A DNA stretch of 64,000 bases, taken from Myxococcota bacterium. GTDB taxonomy: Bacteria > Myxococcota_A > Polyangia > Polyangiales > Ga0077539. Below are positions 30,923-40,160 of this stretch, one piece after another. The notes beneath the pieces were generated by a model, which saw nothing but the letters and a program-made list of their open reading frames with translations, was not told the origin of the DNA and did no database searches. The DNA is taken from positions 1 through 64,000 of the forward strand of contig JBPOHC010000366.1 of the NCBI GenBank assembly GCA_052035985.1. Direction: 5' to 3'. Numbering within the stretch: the stretch's first letter is position 1; each line of letters opens with the position of its first letter. The position numbers were made by a program, and so were the translations under genes.

Positions 30923-33178
30923 TCAGCGCGCCGCGCGCGACGCTCTCTTCTTCACGCCCGCAACGTTCGCCGCGGCGCCGCGGTCGGGGTCATCCCCTCC
31001 TTCGATCGCGTGCGCCGCGGCGCGTACCGCCTCGCTCACGATCGACGCGGCGACGTCTCCGAGCGCGAGCCACGCGCCGTCTCCGTGGGCGTGCCTGAAG
31101 CGCAGCGCGCGCACGGGGCTCTCGCGCGCGGTCTCGGACCACAGCGCGATGCCGTCGACTTCGAACGCGGCCTCGATGCTTCCGTAACGCCGTAGAAACA
31201 AGCGGCACACGCCGTTCTCGAGCGGCGCGGGCGACCACCCCGCGCGGATCCACGGAGGCGGCCTCGCGCGCGTCCGATCCGACGGCGCCTTGAGCGACTT
31301 GCCTTCGAGCGCCCTCCACGACGTCTCGCGCGCCTCCTCCTTCGTCACGCGGAACACCGCGCGCGAGAGCTGCGAAAAGGGCTGCTTCACGATCCCCGCT
31401 GCGCTGAGGGTCGTGGCCCATCGTTCGCGCGCGTCGGCGTCGAGCGCGACCGGATGCGCGAGCGAGAGCGACGCGTCGGGGCGCACGCGCACGGGCTCGC
31501 CGCGCTCTCCGGTGAGCTCACCCTTCGTGGGCTTCGCGAAGACCGCGCGGTGACCGGGAGAGGACACGCGCCAGACGAATCGCTCCGCGAGCGCGCGCAG
31601 CACCGGGTGCCCCATCACCTGCTCGCGCCACACTGCGAGGGGCCACGCGCGGCCCGTACACAGCGCCTCTTCGAAGCGCGCGGTCTCGGCAGCGAGCGTC
31701 GCGGGGAGCTCGCTCCGCAGGGCCTTCCAACGCAGGAGCGCCTCGTGCGCGCGCATCGGGTCGTCGCCGCGCGTCGGCTTCGGCGGCGCAGTGAGCACGC
31801 GCCAGTCGCGGTCGATGAGCGTCGCCTCGAGGAGCTGCCCGGCGCCCGCTTCGAGCCACACGCGGAAGCGCCGCCGCCCGTAGTCGAGCCAGCCCTTTCC
31901 CTCTGCGTTGAGCCCCCAGCGCGGGACCACCGCGTCGGAGAGCGCCTCGCGCGTCACGCCCCTCGCGCCCGCCTCGGCTTCGAGCGCGGACGACGCGAGC
32001 GATCCGAGCGCGTCGTACCCGTGCGCACGCGCGATCTCGTCGAGGGCCCGCACCGCCGCGTCGCCGCCCACGTAGGCGAGCAGCCGCGCGGCCTGATCCG
32101 CGAGCGCGCGTCGCCCTCCGCGGTGCCAGTGCGCGATCTCTCGCTGCACCACGGGGACCACCAGGTCTCCGCCGAGGGCCACCGCGAGCGCGAGGCACCA
32201 GTGGTGCTTCACGTCCGCGCGGCGCGCGATCCACGCCTCGAGCATCGCCACCGACCACTGCGACAGCGACGCGCGGTCGAGCATCGCGGCAGACTCCAGC
32301 GCGCGCTCGTCGAGGTCCGCGCCCGCGCGGAGGTGCTGACAGAAGAGCACGTACTCGCCCACGACCCACGGCGCGACGGAGCCGTCTTCCCAATGGAGCT
32401 CAGGGCGCTGCGTGAACCACGGCGCGACGGGCTTCGCGAGCGCGTCGACGGTCGCGCGAGAGCGCTGAACGAGGGCCGCGGGGCCTCCCTCGGGCGCAGC
32501 CTCGGGGCCCTTCTCGGGGAGCGCGTTCACGCCCGGCGTCTCGAGGATGAGCCTCCGCACGCGCGCCGATCGCTCGCTCGCGAGCCGCTTCTGCAACGTG
32601 TCGCGCGCGGCGTCACACGGGATGTTCGCGATGGCCTCGGCCGCGACGAGCCTCGCGTCGGCCGAGGGGTCTTCGAGCATCGGCGCGATGGCCGTGACCT
32701 CGGGCTCGTCGAAGCGCAGCGCGGCCTCGAGCGCGATGGCCTGCACGTCGCGGTCGGGATCACGCAGCGCGCGCAGCGCCCAACGCCCGCGGCCCTCCCA
32801 GGGCTCCGCGAGGAGGCGCGAGAGCGCGGGGTGGGCGACGTGCGCGGTGCCCGTCGCGGCGAGCGCTTCCATCAAGCGCCGCGCGTGCGACGGAGCGACC
32901 CCTTCGAGCGCGTCGAAGATCCACGTCCCTGAGGCGCTGCGGGCCACCTCTTCGAAGCGCTGCATCCACCGCTCGGGGTCGCGCGGAACGAGCGCCACGA
33001 GCGCCACGGCCTGAAGCGGAACGGCCCACGCCTCGACCTCGCCGACGGGCTCCTCTGCGACGGCGGCGGCGACGTCGAGGTTGTCCTCGGGCGCCTCGGT
33101 GAGCAGCGACCAGAGGGCCACGTAGCGGTCCGCGGCGGGCGCGCCGGGGTCGACCGCGACGTCGCGCGCGTCGCTCAC
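30923..33178 (-). CDS. DUF4132 domain protein (MolR/YehQ-like), start uncertain (GTG 33178 or ATG ~32965)
   Basis: Large helical protein with characteristic C-terminal WRVL...FRHAHGDGAWL region. N-terminal 220 aa of track ORF 30923..33835 are antisense to mlaE and rejected. Confidence 0.6.
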   Translation of the reverse strand: MSDARDVAVDPGAPAADRYVALWSLLTEAPEDNLDVAAAVAEEPVGEVEAWAVPLQAVALVALVPRDPERWMQRFEEVARSASGTWIFDALEGVAPSHARRLMEALAATGTAHVAHPALSRLLAEPWEGRGRWALRALRDPDRDVQAIALEAALRFDEPEVTAIAPMLEDPSADARLVAAEAIANIPCDAARDTLQKRLASERSARVRRLILETPGVNALPEKGPEAAPEGGPAALVQRSRATVDALAKPVAPWFTQRPELHWEDGSVAPWVVGEYVLFCQHLRAGADLDERALESAAMLDRASLSQWSVAMLEAWIARRADVKHHWCLALAVALGGDLVVPVVQREIAHWHRGGRRALADQAARLLAYVGGDAAVRALDEIARAHGYDALGSLASSALEAEAGARGVTREALSDAVVPRWGLNAEGKGWLDYGRRRFRVWLEAGAGQLLEATLIDRDWRVLTAPPKPTRGDDPMRAHEALLRWKALRSELPATLAAETARFEEALCTGRAWPLAVWREQVMGHPVLRALAERFVWRVSSPGHRAVFAKPTKGELTGERGEPVRVRPDASLSLAHPVALDADARERWATTLSAAGIVKQPFSQLSRAVFRVTKEEARETSWRALEGKSLKAPSDRTRARPPPWIRAGWSPAPLENGVCRLFLRRYGSIEAAFEVDGIALWSETARESPVRALRFRHAHGDGAWLALGDVAASIVSEAVRAAAHAIEGGDDPDRGAAANVAGVKKRASRAAR

Positions 33179-34023
33179 AGCGACAGAAAGAGCTTCGTGA
33201 GCATGAAGTCGGCGATGAGGATCGAGATGGCCGAGACCACCACGGTGCGCGTCGTGGCGCGGCCCACGCCCTCGGTGCCGCCGCGCGTGTGCATGCCGTA
33301 GTAGCAGCCGATCATGGCGATGCTGACCCCGAAGAACGGGGCCTTGCCGAGCCCCGACATGAAGTCCTGCATGTTGATCGACTCGAGCGCCGTGCGGAGA
33401 AAGAAGCCCATCGGCGTGTCGAACTGGAGGTTCGCCACCACCATCGCGCCGCCGAAGCCCACCACGTCGGCGAAGAGCGCGAGCACGGGGATGAGGATCA
33501 CGCACGCGATGAGCCGCGGCGTGACCAGCTTCTTCACGGGGTCGGCGCCGAGCGCGCGGATCGCGTCGATCTGCTCGGTGACGGCCATGGAGCCGATCTC
33601 GGCGGCCATGCCCGACCCGATGCGGCTGCCCACGACGAGGGCCGTGAGCGACGGCGCGAGCTCGCGGGTGATCGAGAGGCCGATGACGCGCCCCACGTAG
33701 TCGGTGGCGCCGAAGCGCTCGAGGCCGAAGGCGAACTGGACGGTCATCACCATGCCGACGAAGACCGCGGTGATGAGCGCGATGGAGACCGACCGCACGC
33801 CCATCTGCTCGAGCTGGTAGACCACCTCGCGCCATTCGAAGGGCCGCGCGAACGAGGCGATCGTGGCGTCGCGAAAGAGGATCGCCATGCCGCCGAGCTC
33901 GTCGAGGAAGATCGTCGCGGACTCGATCTGCGCGGCGTACCAGGGCTTGTGCGGTTGCGGAGGCGGCGGCACGACCGAGGGCGATCGCGGGGGGGGAGCC
34001 TCCTGCTGCGGCGCGGTGGTCAT
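33175..34023 (-). CDS. mlaE: MlaE/YrbE-family ABC transporter permease
   Basis: Multiple TM segments. Conserved GRVIGLSITRELAPSLTALVVGSRIGSGMAAEIGSMAVTEQIDAIRALGADP motif. ATG at 34023 overlaps the upstream gene stop. Confidence 0.8.
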   Translation of the reverse strand: MTTAPQQEAPPPRSPSVVPPPPQPHKPWYAAQIESATIFLDELGGMAILFRDATIASFARPFEWREVVYQLEQMGVRSVSIALITAVFVGMVMTVQFAFGLERFGATDYVGRVIGLSITRELAPSLTALVVGSRIGSGMAAEIGSMAVTEQIDAIRALGADPVKKLVTPRLIACVILIPVLALFADVVGFGGAMVVANLQFDTPMGFFLRTALESINMQDFMSGLGKAPFFGVSIAMIGCYYGMHTRGGTEGVGRATTRTVVVSAISILIADFMLTKLFLSL

Positions 34024-34538
34024 GGCGAGGCGAGCGGCGAGCGGCCCGTGTGAAAGCCCCGCGCGAAGGCGTCGAAGGAGGCGCGCGCGGCGTCGTAGCG
34101 GTCGGGAGCCACGGCGAGGCCGAGGTCGTAGACGCAGCCGTCCTTCTTCATCACGTAGAGCTCGATGGTGCGAGGGACGCCGTCGAGGCGCGCGCGCACC
34201 ACGGCGTGACGGGCCTCGCGGCCGTCGAAGGGGACGGTCTCTTCGAGCACGAACTCGCGCTCGGTGAAGCCCAGGAGGAGGTGACCCACGAGCGCCGCGA
34301 GGGGCGTGTCCTGCGAGCGCTCGCAGGTGTGGTCGACGTGGATGGTCCCGCGCGTCTCGCTGTCGAGCCAGGCGACGTCGTTGCCCTCGATGGTGATGGG
34401 CCGCCACGAGGGCGCCGTCGGGCCGAACGAGTAGCTGAGGTTCGAGGCGCTCACGGTGCTGTCGCGCACGGTCACCTCGCTCGCGCTCGAACACGCGACG
34501 AGAAGCAACGGTGCGACGATTCGCCAGCGGGACTGCAC
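34020..34538 (-). CDS. lipoprotein, hypothetical (172 aa), translationally coupled to mlaE
   Basis: GTG 34538 gives a signal plus lipobox (RIVAPLLLVACSS). The stop overlaps the mlaE ATG (ATGA). Confidence 0.45.
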   Translation of the reverse strand: MQSRWRIVAPLLLVACSSASEVTVRDSTVSASNLSYSFGPTAPSWRPITIEGNDVAWLDSETRGTIHVDHTCERSQDTPLAALVGHLLLGFTEREFVLEETVPFDGREARHAVVRARLDGVPRTIELYVMKKDGCVYDLGLAVAPDRYDAARASFDAFARGFHTGRSPLASP

Positions 34539-34573
34539 GGGCGCGGACTCTACACAGGTCGGCGAGAAATGCA

Positions 34574-35323
34574 CTACCGCGCGCGCTCCTCGATGGCGAC
34601 GCGGGTCATGCGCGTGGGCGTCGCGGGGGGCGCGGTCATCGTGGCGTTGCGCGCGATGCGACCGAGCACCTCGATGCCTTCTGTCACACGACCGAAGACC
34701 GTGTACTGCCCGTCGAGCGACGTCGTGGCCGCGAGGGTGATGAAGAACTGCGAGCCGTTGGTGTTGCGCGCCGTCGAGCGCGCCATGCCGAGCACGCCGG
34801 GGCCGTTGAAGCCGAGGCCGTCGACGGACTCCGTGTCGAACATGTACCCGGGGCCTCCGCGACCCCACGTGGCGCGGTTCTCGGTGGCCGTGTTGGGGTC
34901 GCCGCCCTGCGCGACGAACCCGTCGAGCACGCGGTGAAACGCGAGCCCGTCGAAGAAGCGGTGCCGCGCCAGGAAGACGAACGAGTTCACCGTCACGGGC
35001 GTTCGGTCCTCGTAGAGGTCGAGCACGATGCGCCCCACGTCGGTCTCGATCACCGCGCGGTAGTCGCGCCCCGCGACGAGCACCATCTCGGCCTCGGTGA
35101 AGGCCCGCTCGGGCACGTCGGAGAGGTACGGCGTCGCGGTGAAGGCGGCGCTCGCAGCGTCGGTGACGGTCGCGGCGTCGGTGACGGTCGCGACGTCGGT
35201 GACGGTCGCGGCGTCGGTGACGGTCGCGGCGTCGGTCACGGACGCGTCGCCCGGCGTGGGGGCGACGGCGGTCGAAGAGCACGCGCCCAGGAGCGCGAAG
35301 AGAAGGACGCTGTGGCGGGTCAT
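34574..35323 (-). CDS. cyclophilin-type peptidyl-prolyl cis-trans isomerase lipoprotein with (ATVTDA)n linker
   Basis: Lipobox LLGACSS. FHRVLDGFVAQGGDP...GSQFFITL...LDGQYTVFGRV. 18-bp tandem repeat x5 at 35161-35250. Confidence 0.85.
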   Translation of the reverse strand: MTRHSVLLFALLGACSSTAVAPTPGDASVTDAATVTDAATVTDVATVTDAATVTDAASAAFTATPYLSDVPERAFTEAEMVLVAGRDYRAVIETDVGRIVLDLYEDRTPVTVNSFVFLARHRFFDGLAFHRVLDGFVAQGGDPNTATENRATWGRGGPGYMFDTESVDGLGFNGPGVLGMARSTARNTNGSQFFITLAATTSLDGQYTVFGRVTEGIEVLGRIARNATMTAPPATPTRMTRVAIEERAR

Positions 35324-35522
35324 GGCGCGGCAGTGGAGCCGCGGGCCTCGCGCGATGTCAAGCCGCGACGCGCAACCGCCGTTGAGTTGGGTGTTGGGCC
35401 AGCGTGCGCCACGCGCGTTGGCAGCCCCGCAGCGGTGAACGCCTCGCCGCACACGGAGCGACGTTGATTTCGAGCGCGACGCGTCGGGTACGCGGCTTGC
35501 GAAGCCGCGCGTCGGTGGAGCG

Positions 35523-36224
35523 ATGACCATGAGAGCCTCCCTTCTCGTCGGGATTCTGGCCTGCCTCGCGACGAGCGCGGCGACGGCGCAGCCACGGCCT
35601 CGGGGGCGCGCGACGGCCTCCGTACGCATCGCCTCCACCGCGCCGATGGCGCCGCCTTCGAGCGCCATCCCGAGGACCGTGCGCGATCGCTTCAGGGCAA
35701 CGGTGCTCATCGGCGCGACGGTGGGCGTTGGCTCTCCGCGCGGCCTCGCGGGAGGCTTCATCGAGCTGCGCCCGTGGCGCGCGCTCGGGGTGTCGGTCGG
35801 CGGCGGCGCGGGCGGCGGCTTCGGTCCGAGCCTCGACGTGACGGCCCTGCTCGCCCCCATCGGCGGACGGCTCTGGGCCCTCGGCGTCGAGGGCTCGTAC
35901 TCGCATCAGTTCAGCTACGGGGCGGGGCTCTCGATGCCCGACGGACGCGCGATGCCCACGGGCTCCGACTGGCTCTCGGCGGGCGTGACCTTCGAGCTCA
36001 GGCCCTCGCGGTCCCTGATGATCCGCGTGGGCGTCGGGCGCGCGTGGCTGATGAACACCGACGACTTCGGGGTGCTCTCGCGCAACGAGCTGGCCTACGC
36101 CGAGGCGCTCTACAGCGTGGTGCCGGGTGTCAACCCCCTCGACGCGGCGCGCGCCTCCCTCGACGGAGAGACCCTCTCGATGTGGTACGCGCACTTCGAC
36201 ATCGCGCCCGCGTGGCGCTGGTAG
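35523..36224 (+). CDS. secreted hypothetical protein (possible small beta-barrel)
   Basis: Signal peptide MTMRASLLVGILACLATSAATAQ with alternating hydrophobic pattern. The competing minus ORF 35358..36320 is R-rich. Confidence 0.5.
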   Translation: MTMRASLLVGILACLATSAATAQPRPRGRATASVRIASTAPMAPPSSAIPRTVRDRFRATVLIGATVGVGSPRGLAGGFIELRPWRALGVSVGGGAGGGFGPSLDVTALLAPIGGRLWALGVEGSYSHQFSYGAGLSMPDGRAMPTGSDWLSAGVTFELRPSRSLMIRVGVGRAWLMNTDDFGVLSRNELAYAEALYSVVPGVNPLDAARASLDGETLSMWYAHFDIAPAWRW

Positions 36225-36304
36225 CGCCTCTCTCCCACCGAATCGCCCGCGAAAGAGCGCAGCCCGAAGGCATTGGTTGACGCCGCGGAAGCGCCACCGA
36301 TACG

Positions 36305-38254
36305 ATGTTCCACGGAACAATGGCGACCACCTCCACGGGGCAGCTTGCCGAGCAGCTCCTGGCTGAGAACCTCATCTCCGCGGACCAGTGCGAGGCCGTG
36401 CTGCACCGGGTGAGGACGGAGGGCGTACGCATCGAGGACGCGCTCGTCGACTCCGGCGCGATCGCCGAGTACGACCTCTTGAAGTACCTCGCGAAGACGT
36501 ACCGGACGCGCTTCGTCGTGACTTCGAAGCTCGCGCGCGTCGACCTCGACCGGGCCCTCCTCGAGCTCCTCCCGCGCAAGGTCGCCGAGGAGCACATGGT
36601 GTTCCCCGTGCTCTTCGACCCGGCGACGTCGTCGCTCTCGGTGGTGTCTCCCAACGCGGGCAACCCCGAGGTCGCGCAGGCCGTCCAGGCCGCCACCAAC
36701 GCGCGCGACGTGAGGGTCTTCGTCGGACGCCCCGCGGCCGTGCGCGCGGCCATCCAGAAGCACTACGGCGGCGACATCTACGCCTTCGCGCACGCCGACA
36801 CGACGGGCCGCGAGCAGTACATGTCGCTGCTCGAGCTCTACGACAAGCAGAACATCCGCTTCGACCAGCCCACGGCCCCGGCCCCCCCCGAGCGCCCCCG
36901 CGAGCGCGTCCTCAGCGAGAAGGACCTCGTCTCCGGCCGCTCGATGGCGCCGCAGGGCAGCTCCTCGGTCGCGCTGCTCGAAGCCACCAACGTGCTGATC
37001 TCGCTGCTCGAGAACAGCCGCGGTGACCTCCGCGGCCACTCGGCCCTCGTCTCCCGCTGGATGCGCAAGCTCGGCGAGCGCATCCGCGTGGCCGAGTCCG
37101 AGGTGCTCAGCCTCGCGATGGCGGGCCTCCTCCACGACGTCGGCAAGACGTCGACCTATCACCTCACGGCCCTCAACGTCGCGCAGTTCGAGAGCCACCG
37201 TCAGGTCGCGTCGAAGTCCTACGCGACGCCGCTGCGGCTCTTCGAAGCCGTGACCCTCGAAGCGTCGACCACGGCCGCGCTCAAGCACATGTACGAGCGC
37301 TTCGACGGCGGCGGATTCCCCGAAGCCCTCTCGGGCAAGGAGATCCCCCTCGGGGCGCGGCTCCTCGCGCTCGTCGACACCTACGCGGACCTCACGCAGA
37401 ACGCCCGCAACCCCTACCGACGGATCCTCTCGCCCGCCGAAGCCTGCGACGTCCTCGACCGGCAGAAGGGAGCCGTCTTCGACCCCAACCTCGTCGACCT
37501 CCTTCGCCACGCGGTGACGGGCGATGACCTCCGCGCGCGGCTCCTCGCAGACCGCCCCGGCGTGCTCGTCGTCGACCCCGACCCCGAAGAGAGCGCCGTG
37601 CTCGAGCTGCGGCTGCTCGAAGAGGGCTTCGACGTCCGCGTGGCGCGCACCGCCGACGAGGCCCTCACCGCGATGAGCCGCGGCACGCACGAGGTCTGTA
37701 TCTCCGAGACCGAGATCGCGGGCGTGTCGGGCTTCGACGTGCTCGTCCGTGTGCGCGGCGCGGCGGCCACGGCCAACGTCGCGTGGGTCTTCCTCACGCG
37801 CGACTCGCGCAAGGACTCCATCGCGCGCGGCTTCGAACTCGGCGCGAGCGACTACGTGCTCAAGCCCGCGCCCGCGGCGGTGCTCGTCGCGAAGGTCCGT
37901 CAGCTCATCGCGCAGCGCGCCGCGAGGGCCCCGCGCGGCGTCTCGGGATCGCTCGCCGAGCTGGCGCTCACCGACGTGGTGCAGGTGCTCTCGCAGGGCC
38001 GCAAGACCGGCCAGCTCCGCGTGCGCACCCACAACGAGCAGGGCGAGGTGCACTTTCTCGAAGGGCAGATCGTGAACGCGCTCTGGCCGGGCCTGCGCGG
38101 CGAGGAGGCGTTCTACGCGCTCCTGGGCTTCACGAACGGCGATTTCGTGTTCGACCCGACCTTCAAGCCCACGGCGCGCGTGATCACTGGCGGCGTCGAG
38201 GCCCTCATGCTCGAAGGCGTGCGCCGCATGGACGAGCGCCAGGGCGCCCGCTGA
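36305..38254 (+). CDS. multidomain signalling protein: MshEN (T2SSE_N, c-di-GMP-binding)-HD-GYP-receiver (REC)-DUF4388
   Basis: N-terminal LAEQLLAENLIS..Q...L region (GspE-N/MshEN). HD motif LLHDVGK plus ERFDGGGFPE (HD-GYP class). REC-like VLVVDPDPEE...D...KP. C-terminal DUF4388-like GSLAELALTDVVQVLSQGRKTGQLRV. Confidence 0.75.
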   Translation: MFHGTMATTSTGQLAEQLLAENLISADQCEAVLHRVRTEGVRIEDALVDSGAIAEYDLLKYLAKTYRTRFVVTSKLARVDLDRALLELLPRKVAEEHMVFPVLFDPATSSLSVVSPNAGNPEVAQAVQAATNARDVRVFVGRPAAVRAAIQKHYGGDIYAFAHADTTGREQYMSLLELYDKQNIRFDQPTAPAPPERPRERVLSEKDLVSGRSMAPQGSSSVALLEATNVLISLLENSRGDLRGHSALVSRWMRKLGERIRVAESEVLSLAMAGLLHDVGKTSTYHLTALNVAQFESHRQVASKSYATPLRLFEAVTLEASTTAALKHMYERFDGGGFPEALSGKEIPLGARLLALVDTYADLTQNARNPYRRILSPAEACDVLDRQKGAVFDPNLVDLLRHAVTGDDLRARLLADRPGVLVVDPDPEESAVLELRLLEEGFDVRVARTADEALTAMSRGTHEVCISETEIAGVSGFDVLVRVRGAAATANVAWVFLTRDSRKDSIARGFELGASDYVLKPAPAAVLVAKVRQLIAQRAARAPRGVSGSLAELALTDVVQVLSQGRKTGQLRVRTHNEQGEVHFLEGQIVNALWPGLRGEEAFYALLGFTNGDFVFDPTFKPTARVITGGVEALMLEGVRRMDERQGAR

Positions 38255-38376
38255 CCGCTCCTCGCGTGGGTGTCCTCCACGCGCGTTGACCGTCGGCCTT
38301 TCTGGGCGATAAGACTCCGCGGCCTTGAACGTCGGCGCTGCGGCCCCGCAACGCACGGCGAGGTCACACACTCCCC

Positions 38377-39630
38377 ATGACAGGTGCATTGCATCCCATG
38401 AGCAACTCGCGAACGTTCCGGTGCTGGTCCTGCGGCGGAGGCGACCTCGCGCCCGTGCTCGACCTCGGTCGCACGCCGCTGGCGAACTCGCTGGTGCGCC
38501 CCGAAGACGCGGCCCTCGCCGACGCGGCGTTCCCGCTGGAGCTGGCCTTCTGCCGCGGCTGCGCGCTCGTGCAGATCACCGAGTCGGTGCCGCCCTCGCA
38601 GCTCTTCAGCGAGTACCTGTATTTCTCGTCGTTCAGCGACACGATGCTCCGCCACGCGCGCACCCTCGTCGAGCGCCTCACGCGCGACCGCAAGCTCGGC
38701 CCGTCGAGCCTCGTCGTCGAGGTCGCCAGCAACGACGGATACCTCCTCCAGTACTACCGCGACGCGGGCGTTCAGGTGCTCGGCGTCGAGCCCGCGCAGA
38801 ACATCGCGAAGGTGGCCGTCGAGAAGGGCATCCCCACGGTGGCCGATTTCTTCGGCGACGCGCTCGCACAGGGGCTCCGCGCCGAGGGGCGCCGCGCCGA
38901 CGTGATGCACGCCAACAACGTGCTCGCCCACGTGCCCGACCTCAACGGCTTCGTGCGCGGGTTCAAGACCCTCCTCGCGGACGACGGCGTCGCGATCTTC
39001 GAAGCCCCCTACGTGCGCGACATGATCGAGGGCGTCGAGTTCGACACGATCTACCACGAGCACCTCTGCTACTTCTCGCTCACGGCCCTCGACGGGCTCT
39101 TCCGTCGCAACGGGCTCGCGGTGGTGCGCGTCGAGCGCGTGCCCATCCACGGCGGTTCGCTGCGCGTGTTCGTCTCGCACGAAGGAACGCCCGCCGATGA
39201 GACCGTCGCCGCGACGCTCGCCGACGAGCGCCGCGAGGGCCTCGACGCGCTGCCCTACTACGAGCAGTTCAGCCGACGCGTGAGGGACCTCCAGCGCGTG
39301 CTCGTGGCGCTCTTGAAGGACCTCAAGAAGGGCGGCGCGCGCATCGCCGCGTACGGCGCTTCGGCCAAGGGCTCGACGCTGCTCAACGCCTTCGGCATCG
39401 GCGCGGAGCTCATCGATTTCGTCGTCGATCGGTCGACCTACAAGCAGGGCAGGCTCACGCCGGGGACGCACCTCCCGATCCGCGCGCCCGAGGCGCTCCT
39501 CTCCGAGCAGCCCGACTACGCGCTGCTCCTCACGTGGAACTTCGAAGCCGAGATCCTCGCGCAGCAGGCCGAGTACCGCGCGCGCGGCGGACGCTTCATC
39601 GTCCCCGTCCCCTCGGTGCGAGTGCTCTGA
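38377..39630 (+). CDS. SAM-dependent C-methyltransferase of the deoxysugar (TylC3/NovU-like) family with N-terminal Zn-ribbon
   Basis: CWSCGGG...CRGCALVQ zinc ribbon. Methyltransferase fold VVEVASNDGYLL...VLGVEP. C-terminal C-methyltransferase domain. TGATG overlap with the next gene. Confidence 0.7.
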   Translation: MTGALHPMSNSRTFRCWSCGGGDLAPVLDLGRTPLANSLVRPEDAALADAAFPLELAFCRGCALVQITESVPPSQLFSEYLYFSSFSDTMLRHARTLVERLTRDRKLGPSSLVVEVASNDGYLLQYYRDAGVQVLGVEPAQNIAKVAVEKGIPTVADFFGDALAQGLRAEGRRADVMHANNVLAHVPDLNGFVRGFKTLLADDGVAIFEAPYVRDMIEGVEFDTIYHEHLCYFSLTALDGLFRRNGLAVVRVERVPIHGGSLRVFVSHEGTPADETVAATLADERREGLDALPYYEQFSRRVRDLQRVLVALLKDLKKGGARIAAYGASAKGSTLLNAFGIGAELIDFVVDRSTYKQGRLTPGTHLPIRAPEALLSEQPDYALLLTWNFEAEILAQQAEYRARGGRFIVPVPSVRVL

Positions 39631-40160
39631 TGCGCATCACCGAGACGCGCCTCGCGGGCGTCTACGTCATCGACGTCGAGCCCGTCGAAGACGAGCGCGG
39701 CTTCTTCGCCCGTACCTGGTGCGCCGACGAGCTCCGCGCGAAGGGCCTCTGCGACACGCTCTCGCAGGCGAGCTACTCGCAGAACAAGCGCCGCGGCACG
39801 CTCCGCGGGATGCACTACCAGCGAGACCCTCACGGCGAGCACAAGCTCGTGAGCTGCATCCGCGGGCGCATCCTCGACGTGGCGCTCGACCTCAGAGCCT
39901 CGTCGCCCACGTACTGCCAGTGGGTCGCCGAGGAGCTCACCGACCACAACTACCGCTCGCTCTACATCCCGCCGGGCTGCGCGCACGGGATGGTGACCCT
40001 CGAAGACGACACCGTCGTGGCCTACAAGATCACCCCCGCCTACGTGGCCTCCCACGCCGCGGGCGTGCGGTGGAACGACCCCGCGTTCAACATCGCGTGG
40101 CCCGTCACCGACCCCATCCTCTCGCCGCGCGACAGGGCGCTCCCCGACTTCGTGCGATGA
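39630..40160 (+). CDS. rfbC: dTDP-4-dehydrorhamnose 3,5-epimerase family (RmlC-like cupin)
   Basis: RGFFARTW...GTLRGMHYQ...KLVSCIRGRILDVALDLR...YIPPGCAHGMVTLEDDTVVAYK. Confidence 0.8.
   Translation: MRITETRLAGVYVIDVEPVEDERGFFARTWCADELRAKGLCDTLSQASYSQNKRRGTLRGMHYQRDPHGEHKLVSCIRGRILDVALDLRASSPTYCQWVAEELTDHNYRSLYIPPGCAHGMVTLEDDTVVAYKITPAYVASHAAGVRWNDPAFNIAWPVTDPILSPRDRALPDFVR

Noticed and set aside
36110-38389. 759-aa minus-strand ORF
   Set aside because: Antisense to the well-supported MshEN-HD-GYP-REC gene. R/E/G-rich with no domains.
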